Virus record (IMG/VR): IMGVR_UViG_2540341061_000001
Location: 149-64,148 of that record
Source of the DNA: a virus
Reading direction: 5' to 3' (one strand)
Length of the DNA stretch: 64,000 bases
In this document: one piece after another, positions 9,822 through 19,301 of the stretch
How positions within the stretch are numbered: position 1 is the stretch's first letter
Layout of the letters: each line of letters begins with the position of its first letter
The notes under the pieces: model-generated
The model's input: only the letters and a program-made list of their open reading frames with translations
Told to the model about the DNA's origin: nothing
Databases searched by the model: none
Program-made: the position numbers and the translations under genes

Positions 9822-10186
9822 GAGGGTTCATCCTCACTTTCCACATTTCGCTTCGTTCCTTTATACATCGCGTCCATGATGGCATTTTTATAATCCGAAA
9901 GCTCAAAGGGCGAAGTGAGTAGTTCGACAGCTTCCTCTGTGAGCAGCTCGCGCTTTTTGGCGGGATTTTTCAGATTGTGTACCAGTACCGACTGATTGGC
10001 GAGGAGTGTAATAAGCCATACGATTTCATCAAGAGCCATCTCGAAATTCTCGCTTTTCATCAGCTTTTCGCCGAGATTGGAAAGCCCACCGTAGCGCCCA
10101 GCGATTTCCTTCGTTGCCTTGGTGGTGAGGAGCATCTCATACTCTGCACCTCCGATGGTAATTTTGGAGCTTCTTTCGTCAGCCAT
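9800..10186 (-). CDS. Tail assembly chaperone (gpG-like)
   Basis: Between major tail and tape measure genes; slippery site near 3' end. Confidence 0.85.
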   Translation of the reverse strand: MADERSSKITIGGAEYEMLLTTKATKEIAGRYGGLSNLGEKLMKSENFEMALDEIVWLITLLANQSVLVHNLKNPAKKRELLTEEAVELLTSPFELSDYKNAIMDAMYKGTKRNVESEDEPSKNVSVG

Positions 10187-10788
10187 TAGGCTTCACCTCC
10201 AGTCTGCGCTGTGAACGCAGGCTCATAGACCTGCGTGTACCAGCCGGTGATAACGGAAGCCGGTACGCTCGTATCGTCCTCATTCACTTCGGCTTTCCAT
10301 GGGTGCTTGCCATTTCCGTCCAGCTTATTGCGGCGGAACACCGTGCCCTCGATGGTCGGGGTGGAGAAGGTGATGCTGTCGCCCTTGGTGGCGAGGTTGG
10401 TCGCCGGGATACCAAATTTCACCCGGTAAAGCCAGAAATAGCGGTACTTTCCATTTGCCTTTTTTGCCCGGAAGCCTACCGCAACGGGAGTGCCGCCGTC
10501 CTCGCTGCCGGACACTACGACGTTGTTATCGTCGAGTTTTGCGCCTGTCAGGTCCTCGGCCGCTGTTACGCCGATATCGTCGATACCAAGCGAGAGAGTG
10601 CCGTTTTTAAATTCCTTCACGACCTCGGCGGGACCGTCGTCCGCATAAAGCGTCGCCTCAGCAAGCTCGACCGACAGATCCGCTTTCATTGCTTTGGCAA
10701 GAGAGATTGGAGCGCTGTAGGTTTCTGTTCCGTCCACAGCCTCCGTGATTTTTGAGTAATAAAGTTTGTCAAGCCCGATAGTAGCCAT
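10186..10788 (-). CDS. Major tail protein (phi13-like family)
   Basis: MATIGLDKLYY, LYADDG, YRYFWLYRVKF motifs. Confidence 0.9.
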   Translation of the reverse strand: MATIGLDKLYYSKITEAVDGTETYSAPISLAKAMKADLSVELAEATLYADDGPAEVVKEFKNGTLSLGIDDIGVTAAEDLTGAKLDDNNVVVSGSEDGGTPVAVGFRAKKANGKYRYFWLYRVKFGIPATNLATKGDSITFSTPTIEGTVFRRNKLDGNGKHPWKAEVNEDDTSVPASVITGWYTQVYEPAFTAQTGGEA

Positions 10789-10791
10789 TTG

Positions 10792-11130
10792 TTATTCCTC
10801 CAGTTCGTAAATTTTCGCCACGTCGATGGCGTAGTGGTGATAGCCGGTATCGTCTTCATGTCCGATATACCGGCGGTCTGTTATTGTAAATTCCGCGTTC
10901 AGCAAGGCGCGGACAATTTGGTTTTTCATAGCTGTGTAGCTTCCCTTATCAAAAAGAGAAAGCCGCGCTTCTTGTGTTTCGTGACGGGGACCGTCATCGG
11001 TATACAAAGCAAAGGTATCCGCCAGCGGTGTAATCACAACGTATCTGTTCGGGGCGGATTCCGAAAAAACGCCTGTTTCGACGGGTACAATCGGTAAGAT
11101 GAGGGTGTTCAGTTCTTGAAGCAGGCTCAT
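10792..11130 (-). CDS. Tail terminator/completion protein
   Basis: Synteny; YIGHEDDTGYHHYAIDV C-terminus. Confidence 0.75.
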   Translation of the reverse strand: MSLLQELNTLILPIVPVETGVFSESAPNRYVVITPLADTFALYTDDGPRHETQEARLSLFDKGSYTAMKNQIVRALLNAEFTITDRRYIGHEDDTGYHHYAIDVAKIYELEE

Positions 11131-11558
11131 ATGTTTTCAACCTCCTTCTCAAACGCTGCGATCATCGCATCAACACAGGCACTTTTACTTGCCGATTTTG
11201 CGGGTTTGAGAAAGGGTTTCGGAGGCTGTCCGCTTTTGCCGTACTCCAAAACACCTGCAATCATGGCGTTGCTTTTGCCATCAGGACGAGGTTCAGAAAA
11301 TCCAACTTTTACAGTGAAATTTCCGTCCTTATCCTGTCTTGCGGAGGAAACGCCCAGCGCCGAGAGCAGCTCGCCAGTTGAGCGGCTTTCTTCCTTTGTT
11401 CCGCTGCCGATAACGGCTTGAAGGTTGGACTTAACTTTTGCTTCCACAACATCGCCGCCCGCTTCCAGCACCTTTGGGATGATTTCATCTGTTTTTTCTC
11501 CAAGCCGGGAGAGTTTCAGAAGAAAATCCTCCGGCATTTTAAATGCTGCTTTAGCCAC
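11127..11558 (-). CDS. HK97 gp10-like neck protein
   Basis: RSTGEL, LEYGKS..PKPFLKPA motifs. Confidence 0.85.
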   Translation of the reverse strand: MAKAAFKMPEDFLLKLSRLGEKTDEIIPKVLEAGGDVVEAKVKSNLQAVIGSGTKEESRSTGELLSALGVSSARQDKDGNFTVKVGFSEPRPDGKSNAMIAGVLEYGKSGQPPKPFLKPAKSASKSACVDAMIAAFEKEVENI

Positions 11559-11883
11559 TCGGCTTCACCTCCTTGGCGAGTACTTCAATGTACATCCCGC
11601 GACCTTTCACATCCTCAACTGAGATGATTTCAAAGTGACAATTATCGTTTATCACAACCATCGCGGTTGTAACTGTAACGTCGGGGATACAGCGAAAGCG
11701 GAAAAGGTCGGTGGCTTCGGAGAATTGAGCCCGATTTGCCCATTTCTCGTTGCCGTGCCGACCCTCCCGGTACGCTCTGACCGAAGCTACGATATTGTCA
11801 ACCTCGGTTCGGAATCCTTCTGCATCTTTTATGGTCACTTTCTGGGCGATGTCGATGAGGGTGTTCATCTTACCAAAGCTCAT
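11551..11883 (-). CDS. Head-tail adaptor (head closure)
   Basis: Synteny; likely ATG 11883 (MSFGKMN). Confidence 0.8.
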   Translation of the reverse strand: MSFGKMNTLIDIAQKVTIKDAEGFRTEVDNIVASVRAYREGRHGNEKWANRAQFSEATDLFRFRCIPDVTVTTAMVVINDNCHFEIISVEDVKGRGMYIEVLAKEVKPSG

Positions 11884-11885
11884 GC

Positions 11886-12194
11886 TCACACCTTCCAATC
11901 CCGGTCAAGTCGCAAAAGCAGATTGACCGTGTTCCATACTTGCTGTCCGGCCTGCACGTTGTCAGAGAAAAAGCCGCCAGTGCTGCCGTCCCTTGATTCA
12001 TAGAAATGGGACGACAGCATAATGACGGCCTGCTCTGTGGTAGGCGGCATCTGATGGTCGGTGTAGTAGTTTTCTGTGAGATGCTGATAGCTCTCGGCAT
12101 AGGACACAGAGGCGGATATGTACAACTGCAGCAGTTCATCGTCCGCCGTGTGTTCCAGGATGAGATTTGCTTTCACTTTTTCAAGCAGCGTCAT
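11886..12194 (-). CDS. Head-tail connector (gp6/gp15-like)
   Basis: LLEKVKANL..DDELL..AVIMLSSHFYESR. Confidence 0.85.
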   Translation of the reverse strand: MTLLEKVKANLILEHTADDELLQLYISASVSYAESYQHLTENYYTDHQMPPTTEQAVIMLSSHFYESRDGSTGGFFSDNVQAGQQVWNTVNLLLRLDRDWKV

Positions 12195-12212
12195 ACCGCC
12201 ACCGTCCTTTCA

Positions 12213-12833
12213 TTATTCTTCCGGTTCTGCGATGACCACAGTGAAGGTTGCTTCGGGATAGCCGGAAGCCCAGATGGTGAAGACCTTCGGCGTATTTATG
12301 ATTTCATCGCATTTTAACCACATGACGATATCTCTGGCTGAACCACCGACAGTAGCGGCTTCAGCAGCATCAGCGGCTGTAAGTTGAGAGCCGTTGTACT
12401 TAACCGCAGTAATATCTGCAAGTCCTGTGGTAATGAGCATTCCGACCCACTTGTGCGTGCCCTGCGCCGGATTGGAGCTTGGAAAAGCAATCAGTTCCGA
12501 TACGGAAGCCGCAACGGCAATAACACCGTCCTCAATGGTGATCGCCGTAACCTTACTTTGGTTGGCGATTATATCCTCGCCACTGGGTGTGGGGATTTTA
12601 GAAACCGATACATTCCATGCATCCGGAGTCATAAGCCCTGCATCTTTCAGTTTGAGCAGCAGAGCGTTGAAATCGTCCTTGACTCCAGCTACAGTAGCAG
12701 CTGTGCTGGTTGCTTGGTTATTTGCAGAAGGAAGCCCCGTTATCGAGGCTCCCTCCTTGATTTCCAACGTTCCGCCGATGACGGTTTTCTCGCCGCCCTG
12801 TTCGGTGTAGTTCTTCGCATTATATTCGCTCAT
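12213..12833 (-). CDS. Head fibre/decoration protein
   Basis: YNAKNYTEQGGEKTVIGG..FNALLLKLKDAGLM N-terminus; follows capsid gene. Confidence 0.75.
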   Translation of the reverse strand: MSEYNAKNYTEQGGEKTVIGGTLEIKEGASITGLPSANNQATSTAATVAGVKDDFNALLLKLKDAGLMTPDAWNVSVSKIPTPSGEDIIANQSKVTAITIEDGVIAVAASVSELIAFPSSNPAQGTHKWVGMLITTGLADITAVKYNGSQLTAADAAEAATVGGSARDIVMWLKCDEIINTPKVFTIWASGYPEATFTVVIAEPEE

Positions 12834-12845
12834 ATCGCTACCTCC

Positions 12846-14033
12846 TTAGGCCTTCATCTTAAGAATCTGTACGGCTTCGGGTAGTACCAGTTTGCCGTCG
12901 ACACGCTCCTTTGCCACATAGCCAATCATGCCGTTGCCTGCGTAGAGTTCCTTGAGTTGTGCAAAGGAACGGGAACCACGGTCACCGATGTTGTAGTAGC
13001 TGAAATCACCGAATGCCATAACAGGCACCCCCGGTGCAATGGTGGGAACGAAAGCGGAGGTGTAAATGGAGTAGCCTGCTAGCTTGTCGGGTTCACCAGC
13101 CTGATAGGACGGCTGCCAGATATATGCGCCGTTGCCGTCTTTCAGCTTGCGGAGAACGGCAAGCGTCTGGTCATTGGTGATGAATACGGCCTCTTTACGA
13201 TACGGGCGCTTGAGGGCATAGATGAGGTTCAATACCTCGTCTGCCGTAATCGAAGCACCGGAAGTAGTAACGCCAATCTGACCGCCGCCAGTTGCGGCAA
13301 AGATGCCGAGGGGCTTGCCCTGACCGTCTCCATTAAGGAAAGCATCCTCCTCAGCATTGGACAGAGCCTTAGTGAACTGGTCGAGGATGTGGCTTTCAAG
13401 ATTAAAAGCATTATCGTAGAGCAATTCCTCCGTGACCTTTACAGCCACATGGAGCTTGTGGGCGTCAAGCAGAATCTGCGCAAAGGTCGCGTCGCCGAAA
13501 GTAAGCGCAGCGCCCTCATCAATCCATGCCGCCGCAGGAGTTGTGGCTGCGATATTGATTTTATGCTCACCGCTGGTCGTGATTCTGGTAGCTAGCTTAC
13601 GGAAGATATTCTCTTCCTTCAGACCCTGAATAAGACGGTCATCATACTCAACGGGGACAAGATAACCGCCGTCCGTGTCAACACCCTCTTGTAGGACATT
13701 GCTGACCTGACGGAAGTTGGAGCGGAGCGCCTGCAGCATTCCTGCTTTGTACTCATCGGACGCTCTGCCGGTCTTGGTTTCCATTCCGGGGACGGCAGGC
13801 TTGCCTGTGAGAGGAGTGTTCAGAGGTTTGGAAAGCTCACGGTCGAGTGCTTCCTGTTTTTCGAGACGGTCGATTTCCTTGCCGAGAGCGACCACGTCAG
13901 TTTCCATTTTGTCGTAGGTAGCGGTATCCTCAGCGGAAACCAGTCCATCTGCACCGCGCTTGGTATCGAGGAAAGCCTTTGCAGCTTCCCATGCTTTTGC
14001 GCGCTTTTCGCGCAGTTCAAGAATTCTGTTCAT
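12846..14033 (-). CDS. Major capsid protein, HK97 fold
   Basis: Delta-domain coiled coil, DGGYLVP, FGDFSYY, ERVDGK motifs. Confidence 0.95.
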   Translation of the reverse strand: MNRILELREKRAKAWEAAKAFLDTKRGADGLVSAEDTATYDKMETDVVALGKEIDRLEKQEALDRELSKPLNTPLTGKPAVPGMETKTGRASDEYKAGMLQALRSNFRQVSNVLQEGVDTDGGYLVPVEYDDRLIQGLKEENIFRKLATRITTSGEHKINIAATTPAAAWIDEGAALTFGDATFAQILLDAHKLHVAVKVTEELLYDNAFNLESHILDQFTKALSNAEEDAFLNGDGQGKPLGIFAATGGGQIGVTTSGASITADEVLNLIYALKRPYRKEAVFITNDQTLAVLRKLKDGNGAYIWQPSYQAGEPDKLAGYSIYTSAFVPTIAPGVPVMAFGDFSYYNIGDRGSRSFAQLKELYAGNGMIGYVAKERVDGKLVLPEAVQILKMKA

Positions 14034-14053
14034 TGATGTTACCTCCATAAAAT

Positions 14054-14752
14054 TTAGTGTGAAATTAAAGAGAGCCGCTTTTCCAGCGACTCAACGGGTG
14101 TGCCTTTGTTCTGTTTGGGTATCTTAGGTTTAACCTTGTTCAGTAGCGAGTTCGTTACCGCCCGACGGCTGAAAGCATAGGTGACGTCCTCCGGTTGAAT
14201 CCGCTTTTTCTCATCTTCCAGAAGGCCGTCCGCAAATCCTAATTCAATTGCTTTATTGGCATTGAGCCAGGTTTCGGCGTCCATAAGGTGGGAAAGCTTC
14301 GCACGGGACTGCCCGGTCTTGATTTCATAGGCGTTGATGATACTCTCCTTGACCTCGTCCAGCATAGAGATTGCTTTCTGCATTTCCTCACTGTCGCCGA
14401 TTGCGATGGTCAACGGGTTATGCACCATCATAAGCGCCGTGGGAGCCATTAACACCTCGGTTCCCGCCATAGCGATCACGCTTGCCGCCGAAGCCGCAAT
14501 GCCGTCGATTTTTACGGTAACCTTGCCCTTATAATCCATGAGCATGGCATAAATCTGACTCGCCGCGATACAGTCGCCGCCGGGTGAGTTGATCCAAATA
14601 ACAATGTCACCCTCTCTGGCAGTCAAATCTGCTTTGAATGCTTTCGGGGTGACATCGTCGTCAAACCAGCTTTCCTCGGCAATCGTGCCGTCAAGGTAGA
14701 GCGTTCGGGCATCGGAATCTTCATCCCGCGCCCAGTTCCAGAATTTTTTCAT
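14054..14752 (-). CDS. ClpP-like prohead protease
   Basis: INSPGGD, AASAASVIA, MMVHNP, ETWL motifs. Confidence 0.95.
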   Translation of the reverse strand: MKKFWNWARDEDSDARTLYLDGTIAEESWFDDDVTPKAFKADLTAREGDIVIWINSPGGDCIAASQIYAMLMDYKGKVTVKIDGIAASAASVIAMAGTEVLMAPTALMMVHNPLTIAIGDSEEMQKAISMLDEVKESIINAYEIKTGQSRAKLSHLMDAETWLNANKAIELGFADGLLEDEKKRIQPEDVTYAFSRRAVTNSLLNKVKPKIPKQNKGTPVESLEKRLSLISH

Positions 14753-16014
14753 TCGGTTGTATCCTCCGTTCCTGTTTTATTTGCGAACGCACCCGCGTCC
14801 TGTAATTTGGTCATCGCGCCGTTGATAAGGTAGAGATCGCCACCCAGTTCCGCAGGGATGCGGTCGAGGTTTTCAAGCTCACGAATGTCGTTGGCAGACA
14901 TCCATCCGTTCTGGCGTGCTGTTGCGTAACCGCTCATACGGCTTGCGTAATCGCCGCGTAGAAGTCCGTCCACATTGAACTTGATAAACACTGTTGGCTT
15001 TTCGCTGTCGGAAAGCAGGGCACGGCACATGGACTGCTCCCAGCGCACCACCCACGGATCGAGTGTGTATTTCACAAACTCAAGGCTCTGCTGCTCGATG
15101 TTGCTGAAGGATGATTTTTCAAGGTCGGCGAGCATATGCGGCGGCACTCTGAAAATACGGGCGATCTCATTAATTTGAAACTTCCGCGTTTCCAGAAACT
15201 GCGCTTGTTCCGGTGAAATCCCGATAGGCTGATACTTCATGCCTTCCTCGAGAACGGCCACCTTATGTGAGTTGGCTGAACCTTGGTAGGCGGCGTTCCA
15301 GGATTCTTTGACCTTCTGCGGGTCTTTAATAGTTCCGGGATGTTCAAGTACACCGCCGGGCGCGGCACCGTTTGCGAAAAACTTCGCTCCGTATTCCTCG
15401 GTGGCAATGGCGAGTCCCACTGCGTTTTTTGCCATCGCAATAGGCGAATACCCGACCAGACCGTCAAAGCCCAAGCCAGGAATGTGCAGGACATCGGCCG
15501 GGGTAAGGTAGACCTGGCTGTCCTTGCCGAGAGAGGGTACGTCCTCCGAGCTTCGCTGATACAAATAGAAGAGCCGGCCGTTTGAATCACGGTCGACTGT
15601 CATTTTGTTCGGCATAAGTGGGTAGAGGGAAAGAACCTCGCCGTGTGCATTGCGTATAATCTGCGCGTATGCGTTACCCCACAGTAAAAGATGACTCATC
15701 AGCGTTTCCCGGAACGCGAATGAAGTCATCTCAGGGTTCGGTTCGTCGTGGAGCAGTTTATATAACGGATGTTTTAGGTTTTTTTCCTTGCCGCCGTTGT
15801 CATTGTACTTATATACATGGAGCGGCAGACCCGCCAGTGTTTCAGACAGTATCCTTACGCAGGAATAGACCGCTGTCATCTGCATGGCTGTATGTTCGTT
15901 GACCGGCTTTCCCGCGCTTGTACTGCCGAAAAAGAAGTTATAACGACTACCACCAAGAGTATCTGAAGGCTTATCTCGAGCCTTAAAGATTCCCTGAAAG
16001 ATATTCATAGGCAT
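14749..16014 (-). CDS. Portal protein, HK97 family
   Basis: LLHDEPNPEMTS, GNAYA, IARIFRVPPH motifs. Confidence 0.95.
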   Translation of the reverse strand: MPMNIFQGIFKARDKPSDTLGGSRYNFFFGSTSAGKPVNEHTAMQMTAVYSCVRILSETLAGLPLHVYKYNDNGGKEKNLKHPLYKLLHDEPNPEMTSFAFRETLMSHLLLWGNAYAQIIRNAHGEVLSLYPLMPNKMTVDRDSNGRLFYLYQRSSEDVPSLGKDSQVYLTPADVLHIPGLGFDGLVGYSPIAMAKNAVGLAIATEEYGAKFFANGAAPGGVLEHPGTIKDPQKVKESWNAAYQGSANSHKVAVLEEGMKYQPIGISPEQAQFLETRKFQINEIARIFRVPPHMLADLEKSSFSNIEQQSLEFVKYTLDPWVVRWEQSMCRALLSDSEKPTVFIKFNVDGLLRGDYASRMSGYATARQNGWMSANDIRELENLDRIPAELGGDLYLINGAMTKLQDAGAFANKTGTEDTTE

Positions 16015-16024
16015 TTACCTCCAA

Positions 16025-17629
16025 TCAAAAAACGAGCAATCCGCGTGTGTCATACACGCTTTTGCTCGTATCGTTTCCGCACCGTATCGCCCGGTCAAGC
16101 GCCATAATGGTGGCAACAGCGCCGTCGATTTTCTCAGTGGATTTCTCTTTGTCTGTTTTAATGTTTCCGGCAGGATCGGTGCGGATGTAGATGTTATCCA
16201 TCATCCAGCGTAAAACCGGGTGACCGCCGTGGGCAAGTTTCTGTTCTAAGGTTAGCTTCATAAGTTCCTTTGTCGGAGGGGACATATCCTTGAAGCCCTG
16301 CCCGAAAGGTACCACTGTGAAACCGAGGTTCTCAAGATTCTGTGTCATCTGAACTGCGCCCCAGCGGTCGAAAGCAATCTCACGGATGTTATATTTTGTA
16401 CCGAGTTCCTCAATAAACTTTTCTATATATCCGTAATGGACGACATTGCCCTCGGTAGTTTTCAGACACCCTTGCTTCTTCCAAACATCATAATTCACAT
16501 GGTCTCTGCACACACGCAAATCGATGTTGTCTTCCGGTATCCAGAAGAACGGAAGCACGATATACCGGTCATCCTCATTAATCGGCGGAAACACCAGGAC
16601 GAAAGCCGTTATATCTGTGGAGGAGGATAGGTCAAGTCCGCCGTAGCATACCCGACCCTGCAGCGCTTCCGGGTCGACCGTAAAAGCGCAAGCGTCCCAT
16701 TTATCCATCGGCATCCATCGCACGGCTTGCTTGACCCATTGGTTCAAGCGGAGTTGCCGAAAGCTGTTCTCCTCGGCGGGGTTCTGCCTTGCCGATTCAA
16801 AAGCTGCTTTTACCTTGTCCATACTCACCGTAATGCCGAGAGAGGGGTTTGCCTTTTTCCACACCTTTGGGTCTGACCAGTCGTCTTCCTGCGCTGCTCC
16901 ATAAATGACTGGATAAAAGGACGAGTCATGTTTTCTGCCGTCTATAATATCCAGTGCCTTCTGATGCACCTCCCAGCAGATGCTGTTTTGATTGTTTCCG
17001 GCCGTTGTAATAAGAAAATACAGCGGCTGCATTCTCGCATCACCACTGCCCTGGAGCATAACATCGTACAGTTTCCTGTTCGGCTGGGTATGCAGCTCAT
17101 CAAATATAACGCCGTGTGTGTTGAAGCCATGCTTGTTCGCCACATCCGCTGACAGTGCCTTGTATTTACTGCCCGTCGGAACATAATTCATAGTTTTCAG
17201 GCTTGCCTGGATGCTCATTTTGTTAAACAGATGAGGGCAGCGTTTGACCATATCCATCGCCACATCGAATACGATACGCGCCTGGTCTTTATCCGCAGCA
17301 CAGCCGTAGACTTCGGCACCGGGTTCAAAGTCCGCGCAGAGAAGATACAGCGCGACAGCCGCCGCGAGTTCACTTTTCCCTTGTTTTTTTGGTATTTCTA
17401 TATATGCCGTGTTGAACTGCCGGTATCCGTTCGGTTTCAGTATTCCGAATATATCCCGTATAATCTGTTCCTGCCAGTCGATAAGCTCGAAAGGCTTGCC
17501 GTCCCATGTACCTTTGGTATGGCAGCAGAAGTTTTCGATAAAACACACAGCGTGGTCGGCGGCATCCTTGTCATAATGACTGTCTTCAGCCATAAACCGT
17601 GTTGGAATGTATTTTTTGAGTTTTCTCAG
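16025..17629 (-). CDS. terL: Terminase large subunit (probable CTG start)
   Basis: IPKKQGKSE Walker A, FDELH Walker B, GGLDLS and KIDGAVA nuclease motifs; GGAGGAGG lies 8 nt before CTG 17629. Confidence 0.95.
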   Translation of the reverse strand: MRKLKKYIPTRFMAEDSHYDKDAADHAVCFIENFCCHTKGTWDGKPFELIDWQEQIIRDIFGILKPNGYRQFNTAYIEIPKKQGKSELAAAVALYLLCADFEPGAEVYGCAADKDQARIVFDVAMDMVKRCPHLFNKMSIQASLKTMNYVPTGSKYKALSADVANKHGFNTHGVIFDELHTQPNRKLYDVMLQGSGDARMQPLYFLITTAGNNQNSICWEVHQKALDIIDGRKHDSSFYPVIYGAAQEDDWSDPKVWKKANPSLGITVSMDKVKAAFESARQNPAEENSFRQLRLNQWVKQAVRWMPMDKWDACAFTVDPEALQGRVCYGGLDLSSSTDITAFVLVFPPINEDDRYIVLPFFWIPEDNIDLRVCRDHVNYDVWKKQGCLKTTEGNVVHYGYIEKFIEELGTKYNIREIAFDRWGAVQMTQNLENLGFTVVPFGQGFKDMSPPTKELMKLTLEQKLAHGGHPVLRWMMDNIYIRTDPAGNIKTDKEKSTEKIDGAVATIMALDRAIRCGNDTSKSVYDTRGLLVF

Positions 17630-17691
17630 AGTTGCCGCCTCCTCCCGGACAAAATAAAAGACACCCTCGATAGGTGCCGTACTACGAGCAA

Positions 17692-17708
17692 AAGAGCCGT
17701 TCGGCTCT
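17692..17708 (-). terminator. Intrinsic terminator after the accessory cassette
   Basis: AGAGCCG-AA-CGGCTCT followed by TTT on the minus strand. Confidence 0.55.
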
Positions 17709-17724
17709 GATGCTTTTTGTTTAC

Positions 17725-17952
17725 TTAGTAATTGCTACCGTGCAGCAGGATTTCGACTGCAAGCTGTGTGTCGGGATCAGCGGGTTCAATGTCCCACCCT
17801 CTGTCGTAGTTACATACTACCTTGCCGTCACGCTTGAGCATCAGCTTGCTGATCTTGCCGCCGTCGATGCCGAACTGACTGCCTTCCTCGTACACCTTTA
17901 TCCAGTAATGAAAAACGCTTTCGTTAATTTTCAGGCTTCCTTCTTTCCACAT
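17725..17952 (-). CDS. Conserved phage hypothetical protein
   Basis: GGAGG RBS; GIDGGKISKL..NYDRGWD motif typical of such prophage cassettes. Confidence 0.7.
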   Translation of the reverse strand: MWKEGSLKINESVFHYWIKVYEEGSQFGIDGGKISKLMLKRDGKVVCNYDRGWDIEPADPDTQLAVEILLHGSNY

Positions 17953-17965
17953 TCCCGTGTCCTCC

Positions 17966-18145
17966 TTAAAACCGCTTAATGCTGACGTTGTCATCAGCAT
18001 CGAAGCTCACGTTGTAGCGAATTTCGCAGCCGTCAGCGTTTTTAGTAATCACTCGAATCCCGCCTTCAAAGGCTTTGTACATTCTGTCGATTTTCTCGCC
18101 CTGCGGGAGCTGCTTCTCGATTTGCTTAATCTGTTTCTCTGTCAT
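17966..18145 (-). CDS. Hypothetical protein
   Basis: GGAGG RBS before ATG 18145. Confidence 0.6.
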   Translation of the reverse strand: MTEKQIKQIEKQLPQGEKIDRMYKAFEGGIRVITKNADGCEIRYNVSFDADDNVSIKRF

Positions 18146-18177
18146 GGTGGTGTTCCTCCGTTCTTTAGGTTGTGTGT

Positions 18178-18255
18178 ATATTACCGTCACTTTGAGGATA
18201 TATCCAGTCATTATCGAGATATAAACCGGCATAAACTACACAATCATTCTGAGGT
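18178..18255 (-). promoter_or_regulatory. Sigma70-like promoter, copy 1 of a duplicated motif
   Basis: ATATTACCGTCA-N7-GATATATCCAGTCATT, also at 19234-19268. Confidence 0.6.
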
Positions 18256-18278
18256 GTTTCCATCGAAAACACAGCAGA

Positions 18279-18512
18279 TTATTCCTCAATCCTACGGCAG
18301 GAATCCTCACCATAGACCACGTTCAGACCACAGCCGTTGTCCCATTTCACCATGACACTTGCCGTGTCATCTACACCGATAACAGTACCTTTGGTGCCGA
18401 CTGGCGGTGCCTGAACATCGTCCATACGGACAAGCTCCACCCGGCAGCCCTTCGGATACTGCCTGCGAACCATCTCCACAATTTCTTTACTCGGAAAGAA
18501 CATCTTTTGCAC
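18279..18512 (-). CDS. DUF4314-like protein
   Basis: YPKGCRVELVRMDD..GTKGTV.GVDD..WDNG motif. Confidence 0.75.
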   Translation of the reverse strand: MQKMFFPSKEIVEMVRRQYPKGCRVELVRMDDVQAPPVGTKGTVIGVDDTASVMVKWDNGCGLNVVYGEDSCRRIEE

Positions 18513-19203
18513 CTCTTTTGAAAGCGGAGGAGCCGTTCAGATTCCGCAGCAGGATTTTCCGCTCTTTTTTATACACCTCACCGATGAAACCGAGGCGAAG
18601 CAAAAAACAGCGGAAGGCATATTTTTCGTTCTCAACTTCTTTTTCGGTGGCGTTGACCCGCTTCTGATTCTTACTCATAGCACACAGTGCGCTGATGAAT
18701 TGGCTGTAGGCATTGACCTCGTCCGAGTCTGGTATGGCATCAAACCAGGGGAAGGATATCGTATCCTCGTTGACCTCAATTGGTGTTGCCGGGATGCGGA
18801 GCGCTTTGCTGATGAGACTGCCTTTGGCTTCAAGCAGCTTCGTGAGGTTTCCAACCGACACCTTGTCAAGCGGAAGGGTTATAACGAGTCCTGTTTCATT
18901 GCCGCTGCCGGCGCGCTGTTCGCCCGTGTCGGGGCTATTTCTCTCCGCTGTGGTGTTATCCGATGGTTCGGGCTCAAAGCCCTGTTCGGCAAGGCGCGCC
19001 ACAAGGTTTTCAATTTCCTCGCTGTCGGCTCTGTCATCGAAGCTGACCGCACCATTCTTGTCAATGGTGAAATAGTCCACCTGGTATGCCGTGGATGGCA
19101 TTCCGAGATATTTCGCTTCGGCTCCAGTGATTTTGCTGATTGCGCCTACAAGCCTTTTTCGCTCCGTACCGTTCACGTTGAATCTGAATGTGAATGTCGC
19201 CAT
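18487..19203 (-). CDS. Phage 'virulence-related' hypothetical protein
   Basis: YLGMPSTAYQV, ENEKYAFRCFLLRLGFIG motifs. Confidence 0.7.
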   Translation of the reverse strand: MATFTFRFNVNGTERKRLVGAISKITGAEAKYLGMPSTAYQVDYFTIDKNGAVSFDDRADSEEIENLVARLAEQGFEPEPSDNTTAERNSPDTGEQRAGSGNETGLVITLPLDKVSVGNLTKLLEAKGSLISKALRIPATPIEVNEDTISFPWFDAIPDSDEVNAYSQFISALCAMSKNQKRVNATEKEVENEKYAFRCFLLRLGFIGEVYKKERKILLRNLNGSSAFKRGAKDVLSE

Positions 19204-19233
19204 GTACAATTCCTCCTTCAATTTGGTAGTGTG

Positions 19234-19301
19234 ATATTACCGTCAGTGTTCAGATATATCCAGTCATTTCTGCGAAATATATCACACAATTATTCGGAGG
19301 T
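19234..19301 (-). promoter_or_regulatory. Sigma70-like promoter, copy 2 of the duplicated motif
   Basis: Same motif as 18178-18212; minus strand reads TGGATA..GGTAATAT. Confidence 0.6.
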
